Source: an uncultured Gammaproteobacteria bacterium (GTDB lineage: Bacteria; Patescibacteriota; Patescibacteriia; Patescibacteriales; GWC2-42-12). Taken from it: DNA of 64,000 nucleotides. The notes below the pieces were generated by a model. The model was given only the letters and a program-made list of their open reading frames with translations, made no database searches and was not told where the DNA came from. The stretch lies in assembly GCA_964431805.1 (NCBI GenBank), contig CAYSKV010000005.1, positions 3,435 through 67,434 on the forward strand. Reading direction: 5' to 3'. A program made the position numbers and the translations under genes. Positions 44,828-52,868 of this stretch are shown here, piece by piece (position 1 is the first letter of the stretch; every line of letters begins with the position of its first letter).

Positions 44828-46417
44828 TTATATCAAACTTTTTACCATATAACTATTCTCTAATCTATGGCCTAACTTTCTATAATAGCCGCGCACACCG
44901 ATACCAGAAATCACAGCGATTTTTTTATATTTTTTTTGTTTAGCAATTTTTTCCGCTTCCTGCATTAACATTTTTCCTAAACCTGCATGCTGAATTTTTT
45001 TATTTTTTCCAACCGGCACTAATTCTCCGTAAATATGCAACTCACGAATCATGGCCGCTTTATTTTTTTCTCCTAATCTTAACCGGCAAAAACCATAAAG
45101 AATATCTTCTTTTTTATCAACCGCCTGAAAAAAATATTCTACTCCTTTTGAGGCTTTATATTTTATAACTTTCAACTTTAAACTTTCAACTTTAAACTTT
45201 TTTTCTCCTGCTTCCCGGCATCTAATACATTTACATTTCACGCCCTGGTCTTTCATAACCTGCCGTAAATTAGTTATCATATTGCCGGCGATAATTGATT
45301 CTCCTGGGATATCCCGAATTAATCTAATAATACGCACATACGGCGGCACAATTTCTTTGCATTCCACAATTAAATTTTGTAAAACTTTATCCGAATACGG
45401 TTTATACTTTCCGGCTCGCCACCATTTATATAATAAACTACCGCGCGTTACTACGGTCGGATAAAATTTTAATTGATCTGGTTGAAATCTTTCTTCAGAA
45501 AATAATTTTTTAAACATAGCCAAATCTTTTTTCGCCGTCGCGCCGGGTAGCCCTGGCATAATATGATAAGTTACTTTAAAGCCATAGTTTTTTAACATCT
45601 CGGTCGCTTTAACGGTTTCAGCTACGCCATGTCCGCGTTTATTTAATTTTAAAATTTTATCATCAATCGCTTGCACGCCGAGTTCTACGCGCGTCGCGCC
45701 TAGTTCGCGCATTTCTAATAGTTCTTTATTATTAATATAATCCGGACGCGTTTCTAAAGTTATGCCGATAATTTTGTATTTAGCGCTTTCATTTTTTTTC
45801 TGCTCTCCAAATAATAACTTTTTTAAAATCCCAATTTTTATTTTTGAATCTAACTTTTGAATTTTAATTTTTTCATTTTTTTCTTTTTCAAAATTATTTG
45901 CCGCTTTAAAGCATTGCGTGATATACCAATATTTATAATTTTCCGGTAACGCCGACCAGGTTCCACCAATAACAATTAATTCAATTTTTGTTGGTTCGTG
46001 TCCGTTAGCTTCTAAAGCGCGCAAACGCAATTGTACTTGTTTGTATGGATCATAATTACAACGAATGGCGCGCATGACCGCCGGTTCGTTAGATAAATAA
46101 CTTTGCGGCACATCTTTTTCGGTTGGGCAATAAGCACATTCGCCTGGGCAAGGATATGGTTTTGTTAAAACCGCCACCGGCGCGATACCAGACATAGTAC
46201 GCACTGATCGCTTGCGTAAAATTCTTTCTAAATCTGGCTGCCTTTTAGTCATTCCATTTCTATATTCTTTTAAAATTTCTGAATGCGATAAAATAGACCG
46301 GCCGTATTTTTTGGCCAGCTTTCTTTTAACCGCCATTAAGTCAGAGCGCGAATTAATTTTTCCGCTAAGCAATTCATTAATAGCATTTTTTTTATTTTGT
46401 TTTTCCTTGATTGTCAT
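44828..46417 (-). CDS. elp3: Elp3-like radical SAM + GNAT acetyltransferase (tRNA U34 carboxymethylation family)
   Basis: 529 aa. SGIAPVAVLTKPYPCPGECAYCP (CxxxCxxC), a radical SAM barrel, and a C-terminal GNAT with QHAGLGKMLMQEAE. Confidence 0.8.
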   Translation of the reverse strand: MTIKEKQNKKNAINELLSGKINSRSDLMAVKRKLAKKYGRSILSHSEILKEYRNGMTKRQPDLERILRKRSVRTMSGIAPVAVLTKPYPCPGECAYCPTEKDVPQSYLSNEPAVMRAIRCNYDPYKQVQLRLRALEANGHEPTKIELIVIGGTWSALPENYKYWYITQCFKAANNFEKEKNEKIKIQKLDSKIKIGILKKLLFGEQKKNESAKYKIIGITLETRPDYINNKELLEMRELGATRVELGVQAIDDKILKLNKRGHGVAETVKATEMLKNYGFKVTYHIMPGLPGATAKKDLAMFKKLFSEERFQPDQLKFYPTVVTRGSLLYKWWRAGKYKPYSDKVLQNLIVECKEIVPPYVRIIRLIRDIPGESIIAGNMITNLRQVMKDQGVKCKCIRCREAGEKKFKVESLKLKVIKYKASKGVEYFFQAVDKKEDILYGFCRLRLGEKNKAAMIRELHIYGELVPVGKNKKIQHAGLGKMLMQEAEKIAKQKKYKKIAVISGIGVRGYYRKLGHRLENSYMVKSLI

Positions 46418-46463
46418 TCTCTTAAATGTTATTATTAAAACATATAAATTTAACCATAAAATT

Positions 46464-47594
46464 ATGAAAAAAGCAATTATAATCGCCTGTTTTGCGCTTT
46501 TACTTCCCTTAGCGGCCTCGGCTTATAGCGTTAAAAATGGCGATTCAGTTTATGTGCCAAAAGACGAAATTATTGAAGGCAACCTTTATGCCGCTGGCTC
46601 AAGCTTGGTTATTGACGGTAAAATTACCGGCGACATAATTTGCGCCGGACAATCTATTAATATTAACGGCGATGTAGCCGGTGATGTTATTTGCGCCGGA
46701 CAATCTATTAATATTAATGGCAAAATCGGTGGTAATTTACGCTTAGCCGGTAATACTATTAATTTCAACGGACAAGCAGAACGAAACGGCATTATTATAG
46801 GCGCTACAGGCATAACTTCGGCTAGCTCTACTATTGGTTGGGACTTATTAATCCTCGGCAATATTTTTGAATTAAATGGCAAAGTCGGCCGCGACTTATA
46901 TGGTAGCGCTGGTAAAGTTAATTTAGCCGGACAAATCGGAAAAAATATTAATCTTGATTTTGGCATGCAAAATAATAATGAAAAACAATTAGCAATAACT
47001 AGCACAGCAAAAATTAACGGCCAACTAAAATATAAATCAAATAAAGATGCAGCCATTGATGCTGGCGCGGTTATTACTGGAGAAACAATTCATAATTATC
47101 CAACCGCAGTTACTAAAAAATCAAACTTAGCTAATTTAGGTTGGTGGTGGGGAAAATTAATTTCACTTTTTTCAGCTTTAGTTATTGGTTTAGTTTTAAT
47201 TAGTTTTTGGCGAGAACAAATTATTAAAATTACCGACTTAATATTGGCTAAAGCCGGCGCTTCGCTAGGCTGGGGAATTTTAGCTTTACTATTAACACCG
47301 ATTATCGCCATTATTTTATTAATTACCATTATTGGCATTCCTTTAGCTTTAATTTTAATGGCGCTCTGGTTAATCGCAATGTATGTTAGTAAAATTTTAG
47401 TTGGTATTTTAATTGGTCGCGCTATTTTATCAAAATACTGGCTCAAGCAAAAAGATTCTTTAATTTTGGCTATGATTTTTGGTATTGTAATAGCATATTT
47501 AATTTTTGCCATTCCATTTATCGGCTGGATTATGGCCTTAATGGCGATGCTTTTTGGATTAGGCGGCATTATGCTAGCATTAAAAAAAGCTTAA
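46464..47594 (+). CDS. Secreted/membrane protein with bactofilin-like (polymer-forming, beta-helix) repeats and C-terminal multi-TM domain
   Basis: Trimmed to MKKAIIIACFALLLPLAASA (the track start at 46212 is antisense to elp3). Repeats GDIICAGQSININGDVAGDVICAGQSININGKIGGNLRLAG. 4-5 C-terminal TM. Confidence 0.65.
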   Translation: MKKAIIIACFALLLPLAASAYSVKNGDSVYVPKDEIIEGNLYAAGSSLVIDGKITGDIICAGQSININGDVAGDVICAGQSININGKIGGNLRLAGNTINFNGQAERNGIIIGATGITSASSTIGWDLLILGNIFELNGKVGRDLYGSAGKVNLAGQIGKNINLDFGMQNNNEKQLAITSTAKINGQLKYKSNKDAAIDAGAVITGETIHNYPTAVTKKSNLANLGWWWGKLISLFSALVIGLVLISFWREQIIKITDLILAKAGASLGWGILALLLTPIIAIILLITIIGIPLALILMALWLIAMYVSKILVGILIGRAILSKYWLKQKDSLILAMIFGIVIAYLIFAIPFIGWIMALMAMLFGLGGIMLALKKA

Positions 47595-47670
47595 CAAACA
47601 TAATATATTTTGTTAAAATAAAAAAGGCGATGCTTATACATCGCCTTTGATTTAATCTTAATTTAAAAAC

Positions 47671-49092
47671 ATGCAAGTAAATCCACATATGTTTCGTGGC
47701 TACGATTTAAGAGGCGTGGCCGGCAAAGATTTAACTCCAGAAATCGTTGAACATTTAGGTAAAGCTCACGGCACTTATTTAAAACGTAATGGCATTGTTA
47801 AGGCTTTAGTAAGCCATGATTCGCGCGCTACCAGCGAAGAATATTCAACTAGCCTAATTAAAGGTTATAATTGGGCTGGCATAGATACGGTTGATATGGA
47901 CTTAAATTTAGTTGGTACTTTTTATTGGGCGCAATATTTTTTAAACATAAAGGGCGGAGCTTTCGTCACGGCTTCGCATAACCCTGCCGAATATAATGGT
48001 TTTAAATTTGCCATAGATTTTTCAGAAACTATGGTTTCCGATGGTATTCAAAAATTACGCGAGATGGTTGAGCAAGAAGATTATGAACCTGGTGAAACGC
48101 TGGGTAAAAATGAAACCAAAGATATTAGGCAAGATTATTTTAACGACATTTTAAAACGCTTGCCACTACAAAAAAAATTCAAGGTTGTTATTGACGCCAG
48201 CTGCGCTACGGCCGGAGTGATTGCGCCAGATTTACTTAGACAAGCCGGTTGTGAAGTTATAGAAACTAACTGCGAGCTTAATTCATCTTTTCCTTTAGGC
48301 ACGCCTGACCCGACTGAAAACGCAGTTGCCAAAAGATTAAGTAATAAAATAATGGAAACCGGAGCTGATTTAGGATTTTCTTATGACGCCGACGGCGACC
48401 GCATCGGCATAGTAGATAATGAAGGCGGCATAATTTGGAACGACGTTTTAGTCGCGCTTTTTGCGGTTGATGTTTTAAACGATCATCCAGGCGCAAAAAT
48501 TATGTTTAACACTTTATGTTCTAAAGTAGTGGAAGACACAATTAAAAAATACAACGGCATACCGTTTATGTGGCGTACTGGCCATTCATTTTTAAAAAAG
48601 AAAAATCAGGAAGTTAAAGCCGCTTTTATCGGCGAATTATCCGGTCATTTCTTTTTCTCTACCGATTTTTATAATCATGACGACGGTTTATATACTACCT
48701 TAAGGCTACTTTCTTATTTGTCGCGCACTAATCAAACTTTAGCTCAAGCCGTTTCGTCTTTACCTAAATATATATCTAGCCCAGAAATAAAAGTCGGTTG
48801 TGCCGATGAAATAAAAGTTAGTTTAACGGAAAATTTCGCAAAAATATTACGCGTTGATTTTCCAGATGCTGAAATCATAGATGATGAACGCGCTGGCGAC
48901 GGTGTTCGCCTAGATTCGCCTGATTCAATGCTAGTTATTCGTTATTCGCAAAATGGCCCATATTTAACTATAAAATTTGAAGCTCAAACTCAGGGTAAAT
49001 ATGATGAATTAAAAAAATATATTAATAATCTTTTGCATAGTTCTAAAGAAGTTGACTGGAGTTACGGAGTTAATGTTGAAAGCTTGAATTAA
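47671..49092 (+). CDS. Phosphomannomutase/phosphoglucomutase (alpha-D-phosphohexomutase)
   Basis: 473 aa. Active site TASHNPAEYNGFK, metal loop YDADGDR, sugar loop GELSGH. Confidence 0.9.
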   Translation: MQVNPHMFRGYDLRGVAGKDLTPEIVEHLGKAHGTYLKRNGIVKALVSHDSRATSEEYSTSLIKGYNWAGIDTVDMDLNLVGTFYWAQYFLNIKGGAFVTASHNPAEYNGFKFAIDFSETMVSDGIQKLREMVEQEDYEPGETLGKNETKDIRQDYFNDILKRLPLQKKFKVVIDASCATAGVIAPDLLRQAGCEVIETNCELNSSFPLGTPDPTENAVAKRLSNKIMETGADLGFSYDADGDRIGIVDNEGGIIWNDVLVALFAVDVLNDHPGAKIMFNTLCSKVVEDTIKKYNGIPFMWRTGHSFLKKKNQEVKAAFIGELSGHFFFSTDFYNHDDGLYTTLRLLSYLSRTNQTLAQAVSSLPKYISSPEIKVGCADEIKVSLTENFAKILRVDFPDAEIIDDERAGDGVRLDSPDSMLVIRYSQNGPYLTIKFEAQTQGKYDELKKYINNLLHSSKEVDWSYGVNVESLN

Positions 49093-49144
49093 AATTTCAT
49101 ACAAAAAAACCGAGGCTACGTTACCTCGGTTTTTTATTTGAACT

Positions 49145-49441
49145 CTATTTTTTAAACAAACTCAATATCTTTTTAATATCGGCTAAATCTTCTTCGGATA
49201 ATTTTAATTTTATTCTATTTTGATAAAGTCGATAAGCTTCATTTTGTAGCGTTACCGAAGAAATGCCCATACCACGATGAATCTCGCCGATATGCTTTTT
49301 AATCATGTCTAAAATTATTTTTCTATTGCCTTCGTCTAAATTTCTAAAATGATAGTTCTCCCTAACTAAACTATTTAATTTTTGTTCAAACCGATCAAAA
49401 TCTTGAGTTTTAGCCGAAGCTAAAAGTTCTTGAATATCCAT
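49145..49441 (-). CDS. Hypothetical protein, last gene of the trpB2-trpS unit
   Basis: 98 aa. The start is 3 nt after the trpS stop. No motif recognised. Confidence 0.5.
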   Translation of the reverse strand: MDIQELLASAKTQDFDRFEQKLNSLVRENYHFRNLDEGNRKIILDMIKKHIGEIHRGMGISSVTLQNEAYRLYQNRIKLKLSEEDLADIKKILSLFKK

Positions 49442-49444
49442 ATT

Positions 49445-50452
49445 TTAAATTTTAATGCCTAAATTTTCTTTTGCCTTTTTTATCGTCGCTTCGGCGATCG
49501 GTCTAATTTTTTCCGCGCCATCTTTTAAAATCTGTTTAACATCATCATCTTCAAAACTATTATATTTAATCTGAAATTCAATTAAAAAGTTTTTTACTAT
49601 TTCGGCTAAATCTTTTTTAAAATCGCCGTAACCCTTGCCTTGATATTTTTTTTCTAACTCTTTAATGCTTATGTCGGATAGAAGCGAATAAATCGTCATT
49701 AAATTAGAAATCGCCGGTTTTTTCTTTTGATCAAATTTAATTTCCGAACCTGAATCCGTAACTGCGCGCATAATTTTCTTGGCCGCGATTTCTGGCGCAT
49801 CTGTTAAAGCAATATAATTAGCCGGCGAGCTAGCGCTTTTACTCATTTTCTTCGTTGGGTCATCTAAACCCATAATTCGCGCGCCTTGTTTTCTAACCGC
49901 CGCTTCAGGCACTTTAAAAACTTGGCCATAATCGCGATTGAATCGTTGCGCTAAAGTCCGAGTTAATTCAACATGTTGCACTTGATCGTCGCCGACCGGC
50001 ACGGCGTCGGTATTATATAATAGAATATCGCCCGCCATTAAAACTGGGTAATCATAAAGACCTACTCCAACCGACTCTTGATTTTTTCCAGCCTTATCTT
50101 TAAACTGTGTCATTTTATTTAAGTCCGCCATACGAGCAGTCACGCAATTTAAAATCCAAGCTAATTCCGTATGCTCCTTAACATCTGACTGCTGAAAAAT
50201 TACCGACTTCTCCGGATTAATGCCCGCGGCTAAATAAGTTTTTACTACGTCTAAAATACGACGATTCAATTCTTCCGGGTTTTGCTTAACCGTTATGGCA
50301 TGATAATCCACCACGCAAAAAATACAACTATTCTGGTTCTGCATTTCCACCCATTGCTCTAACGCGCCTAAATAATTTCCTAAATGCAAAACTCCCGAAG
50401 GTTGAACTCCAGAAAAAATGATTTTTTTGTTATCTTTTGTTTGTGATTTCAT
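49445..50452 (-). CDS. trpS: Tryptophan--tRNA ligase
   Basis: 335 aa. GVQPSGVLHLGNYLG (HIGH-type), KMSKS, class Ic architecture. Confidence 0.9.
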   Translation of the reverse strand: MKSQTKDNKKIIFSGVQPSGVLHLGNYLGALEQWVEMQNQNSCIFCVVDYHAITVKQNPEELNRRILDVVKTYLAAGINPEKSVIFQQSDVKEHTELAWILNCVTARMADLNKMTQFKDKAGKNQESVGVGLYDYPVLMAGDILLYNTDAVPVGDDQVQHVELTRTLAQRFNRDYGQVFKVPEAAVRKQGARIMGLDDPTKKMSKSASSPANYIALTDAPEIAAKKIMRAVTDSGSEIKFDQKKKPAISNLMTIYSLLSDISIKELEKKYQGKGYGDFKKDLAEIVKNFLIEFQIKYNSFEDDDVKQILKDGAEKIRPIAEATIKKAKENLGIKI

Positions 50453-50520
50453 ACTTTAATTGTATATTTAATCAAAATAATTGTAAAGAAGCGGGGCAAA
50501 TGAATTTGCCCCGCTATTTT

Positions 50521-51813
50521 TTACATTTTTCCGTCTAAATAATTTTCGTATGCCGCCATGTCAAAATGTCCATGCCCAGATAAATTAAATAAAATAACTT
50601 TACTCTCACCGGACAAACGACATTTTTCCGCTTCATCAAAAACCGCTTTAATAGCATGAGCTGATTCTGGCGCTGGAATAATTCCTTGACTTCTCGCAAA
50701 TTTGACCGCCGCTTCAAAAATCTCTTTTTGACCATAAGCTACAGCTTCAACTAAACCTTCGTCTTTGAGTAAACTTACTAATGGCGCGGCGCCATGATAT
50801 CTTAAGCCACCAGCATGAATAGACGGCGGGACAAATTCATACCCCATAGTATACATTTTTATAAGAGGAGTTAAACCAGCGATATCCCCGAAATCATATT
50901 TATACTCACCTTTAGTAAGAGACGGACACGATGTTGGCTCGGCCGCTAAAACCCGCAAATTTTTCTTTTTGCCTTTTAACTTGTCGCGCAAAAATGGAAA
51001 AGCAATACCAGCTAAATTACTGCCACCGCCATGGCAACCAATAATTATATCCGGATAATCGCCGGCGATTTCCATTTGTTTTATAGCTTCTTGCCCGATA
51101 ATAGTTTGATGATGTAAGACGTGATTTAAAACCGAACCTAAGGCGTATTTAGTATCATCATGTTTGGCCGCGTCTTCAACCGCTTCGGCAATCGCCATAC
51201 CTAAACTCCCGGAAGTATCCGGTTGTTCGGCTAAAATTTTCTTGCCGGCCTCGGTAAGATTAGACGGACTGGCAATACAATCGGCCCCATAAGTTCTCAT
51301 CATTATTTTACGATACGGTTTTTGTTCATAACTTGATTTAACCATATAAACGGTTAAACCTAAACCAAAATAATTACAAGCAAAACCTAAAGCCGAGCCC
51401 CATTGGCCAGCGCCGGTTTCGGTAGTTAATCTTTTTACGCCGGCTTGTTTATTGTAATAAGCTTGCGGTAAAGCCGTATTTAATTTATGGCTGCCGACCG
51501 GACTAACGCCTTCATATTTATAATATATTTTAGCTGGTGTCTTTAATTCTTTTTCTAATCTAGTCGCGCGAATTAACGGGCTTGGTCGATATATTGTATA
51601 AGCCTTTCTAACTTCTTCCGGAATTTCTATCATGCTTTCGCCCGACATTTCCTGCTTAATTAATTCCATCGGAAACAGCGGCGCTAAATCTTCTGGCTTT
51701 AATGGCTCTTTTGTTCCTGGATGAAGCGGCGGATCTAGCGGTCGCGGTAAATCCGGAATAATATTATAATAATGTGTTGGCATGTCTTTTTGATCTAAAA
51801 ATATCATTGGCAT
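50521..51813 (-). CDS. trpB: TrpB2-type tryptophan synthase beta-like PLP enzyme
   Basis: 430 aa. [14 protein letters not shown]-terminus, PLP lysine VGSHKLN, GGGSN loop. The long form is typical of TrpB2. Confidence 0.8.
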   Translation of the reverse strand: MPMIFLDQKDMPTHYYNIIPDLPRPLDPPLHPGTKEPLKPEDLAPLFPMELIKQEMSGESMIEIPEEVRKAYTIYRPSPLIRATRLEKELKTPAKIYYKYEGVSPVGSHKLNTALPQAYYNKQAGVKRLTTETGAGQWGSALGFACNYFGLGLTVYMVKSSYEQKPYRKIMMRTYGADCIASPSNLTEAGKKILAEQPDTSGSLGMAIAEAVEDAAKHDDTKYALGSVLNHVLHHQTIIGQEAIKQMEIAGDYPDIIIGCHGGGSNLAGIAFPFLRDKLKGKKKNLRVLAAEPTSCPSLTKGEYKYDFGDIAGLTPLIKMYTMGYEFVPPSIHAGGLRYHGAAPLVSLLKDEGLVEAVAYGQKEIFEAAVKFARSQGIIPAPESAHAIKAVFDEAEKCRLSGESKVILFNLSGHGHFDMAAYENYLDGKM

Positions 51814-51847
51814 AAAATTTATATTTAAATTAATAATAAAATAATCT

Positions 51848-51875
51848 TGTCATTGCGGCCCCCGAGCCGCAATCC
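51848..51875 (+). repeat. TGTCATT-hairpin-AATCC repeat unit
   Basis: TGTC-ATTGCGGC-ccccga-GCCGCAAT-CC. Confidence 0.6.
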
Positions 51876-51944
51876 ATTTCCATAATTAAGCTTCGCCAGA
51901 ATTCCCTACTTTTGTTTTTAAAATAAAATTTTTTCATATTTTTT

Positions 51945-51971
51945 TGTCATTCCGGGCTCGACCCGGAATCC
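51945..51971 (+). repeat. TGTCATT-hairpin-AATCC repeat unit
   Basis: TGTC-ATTCCGGG-ctcga-CCCGGAAT-CC. Confidence 0.6.
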
Positions 51972-52056
51972 ACTACCTTTATTATATAAATTTATTAATT
52001 TTAGAATTGGCGGGAAACGAAACAAAATATAATTTCGTTTCCCGCGTTTTGCCTTT

Positions 52057-52257
52057 TTAGTCTTGCCAAAGGCAGTCGGCACGGCGGATGCCTACCACTG
52101 GCATTTTCCAGATACTATCAGCTTTTTTTAATTCAGCTAGCAGGCTCTTTTCTTGTTCGCGAGTTATTAATCCATCATTTTTAGCCGTCCTTATGTCCTT
52201 TGATGTTAAATCTTCAACCAGTATTTTTACCTTGTCCGCAATTTCCGATAATTTCAT
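52057..52257 (-). CDS. 66-aa hypothetical protein, second gene behind the T-box leader
   Basis: AAGGAGAataaaagATG, where the SD overlaps the stop of the upstream ORF. MKLSEIADKVKILVEDLTSKD... is helical and charged. Confidence 0.55.
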   Translation of the reverse strand: MKLSEIADKVKILVEDLTSKDIRTAKNDGLITREQEKSLLAELKKADSIWKMPVVGIRRADCLWQD

Positions 52258-52269
52258 CTTTTATTCTCC

Positions 52270-52464
52270 TTATCTGTGATATGTTGAGTTAAAACCACTT
52301 AAACTAGAACCACAACCGCGCGGACATTTTGCTTCTGCGCCAAATCCTACGCCTATAGTTTTTGCGCTACCGCAAAAACCGCATTTGTCATTGCTATTAC
52401 CAAAAATTAAAACATCATCATCTTTTATTTCTTTTTTATCATCCTTCTTTAAATCAGCTGACAT
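52270..52464 (-). CDS. 64-aa four-Cys mini-protein, first gene behind the T-box leader
   Basis: Trimmed to the ATG at 52462-52464, preceded by GGAGGG (52477-52472). MSADLKKDDKKEIKDDDVLIFGNSNDKCGFCGSAKTIGVGFGAEAKCPRGCGSSLSGFNSTYHR (CxxC ... CxxxC). Confidence 0.55.
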   Translation of the reverse strand: MSADLKKDDKKEIKDDDVLIFGNSNDKCGFCGSAKTIGVGFGAEAKCPRGCGSSLSGFNSTYHR

Positions 52465-52509
52465 AATTTTTCCCTCCATATTTTTTTTATAAAGATCGTT
52501 TTGGAAAAC

Positions 52510-52846
52510 AAAAAAGCTTCCCATCTCTTAAACATAGCTAAACTATGCTTAAGGGACGGAAAGCCTTGCTTTTCGTGTTGCCACCCTTATTCCGAAAACA
52601 AAAAAACGCTTTTGAGCGTTCTATTTTCGCTCATCGACTCATGCTTCGTTTTTAACGAAAGACATCGATTATCCTATGATTACGGAGGAAACCGAGTTAA
52701 CACTAACGCATTAACCACCCTTTAAGTTCAGGCCCAATCCCAGCGTATCGCCGGGACCCGAACGGGTTTTACAATTTGTTTACCCCTGTTAAATCCGCGA
52801 AGCGGAAATTTGCCAAAGGCCAATTTATTTAACGGGGTGAAGTTCT
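52510..52846 (-). promoter_or_regulatory. T-box-type leader (antiterminator 52588-52551, terminator 52564-52516 plus U-tract 52515-52510, Stem III-like hairpin 52620-52605)
   Basis: AAGGG-UGGCAAC-ACGAAAAGC-aag-GCUUUCCGU-CCCUU matches the T-box antiterminator architecture (A1 helix, 7-nt UGGN bulge, A2 helix). Its 3' half re-pairs into a 21-bp terminator with one mismatch, followed by UUUUUUGUUUU. Promoter TTGACA(52880-52875)-16-TATACT(52858-52853). Confidence 0.65.
52782..52844. repeat. Structured element closed by CCCC(T)GTTAAAT/ATTTAACGGGG, copy 1
   Basis: Plus strand CCCCTGTTAAAT-[CCGCgaaGCGG]-[AAATTTGCCaaaGGCCAATTT]-ATTTAACGGGG. The 20-mer TTATTTAACGGGGTGAAGTT (52825-52844) recurs exactly, inverted, at 54913-54932. 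Confidence 0.6.
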
Positions 52847-52868
52847 AAAATCAGTATAGCAAAAATAA

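Noticed and set aside
46212-46463. The ORF-track 5' extension of the bactofilin-like gene, which overlaps elp3
   Set aside because: The extension is antisense to the conserved Elp3 N-terminus. A clean signal peptide begins at the internal ATG at 46464.
52706-52721. A second T-box-like string, AAAGGGUGGUUAAUGCG, on the minus strand ~130 nt upstream of the real antiterminator, suggesting tandem T-boxes
   Set aside because: No complementary CCCUU partner or alternative terminator follows it. It is more likely part of the Stem I/II region or a coincidence.
52501-52725. Plus-strand 74-aa ORF
   Set aside because: It lies antisense to the T-box leader. The sequence is better explained by RNA structure on the minus strand. 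It has no SD or promoter.
52500-52860. Possibility that the GC-rich structured region is RNase P RNA, tmRNA or SRP RNA
   Set aside because: I looked for the RNase P CR-I/CR-IV boxes (GAGGAAAGUCC, ACAGAAxxxGGCUUA), a tmRNA tRNA-like 3' end with a tag ORF, and the SRP GGAA/AGCA motifs. None is present in the right order. The T-box antiterminator/terminator explanation fits far better.
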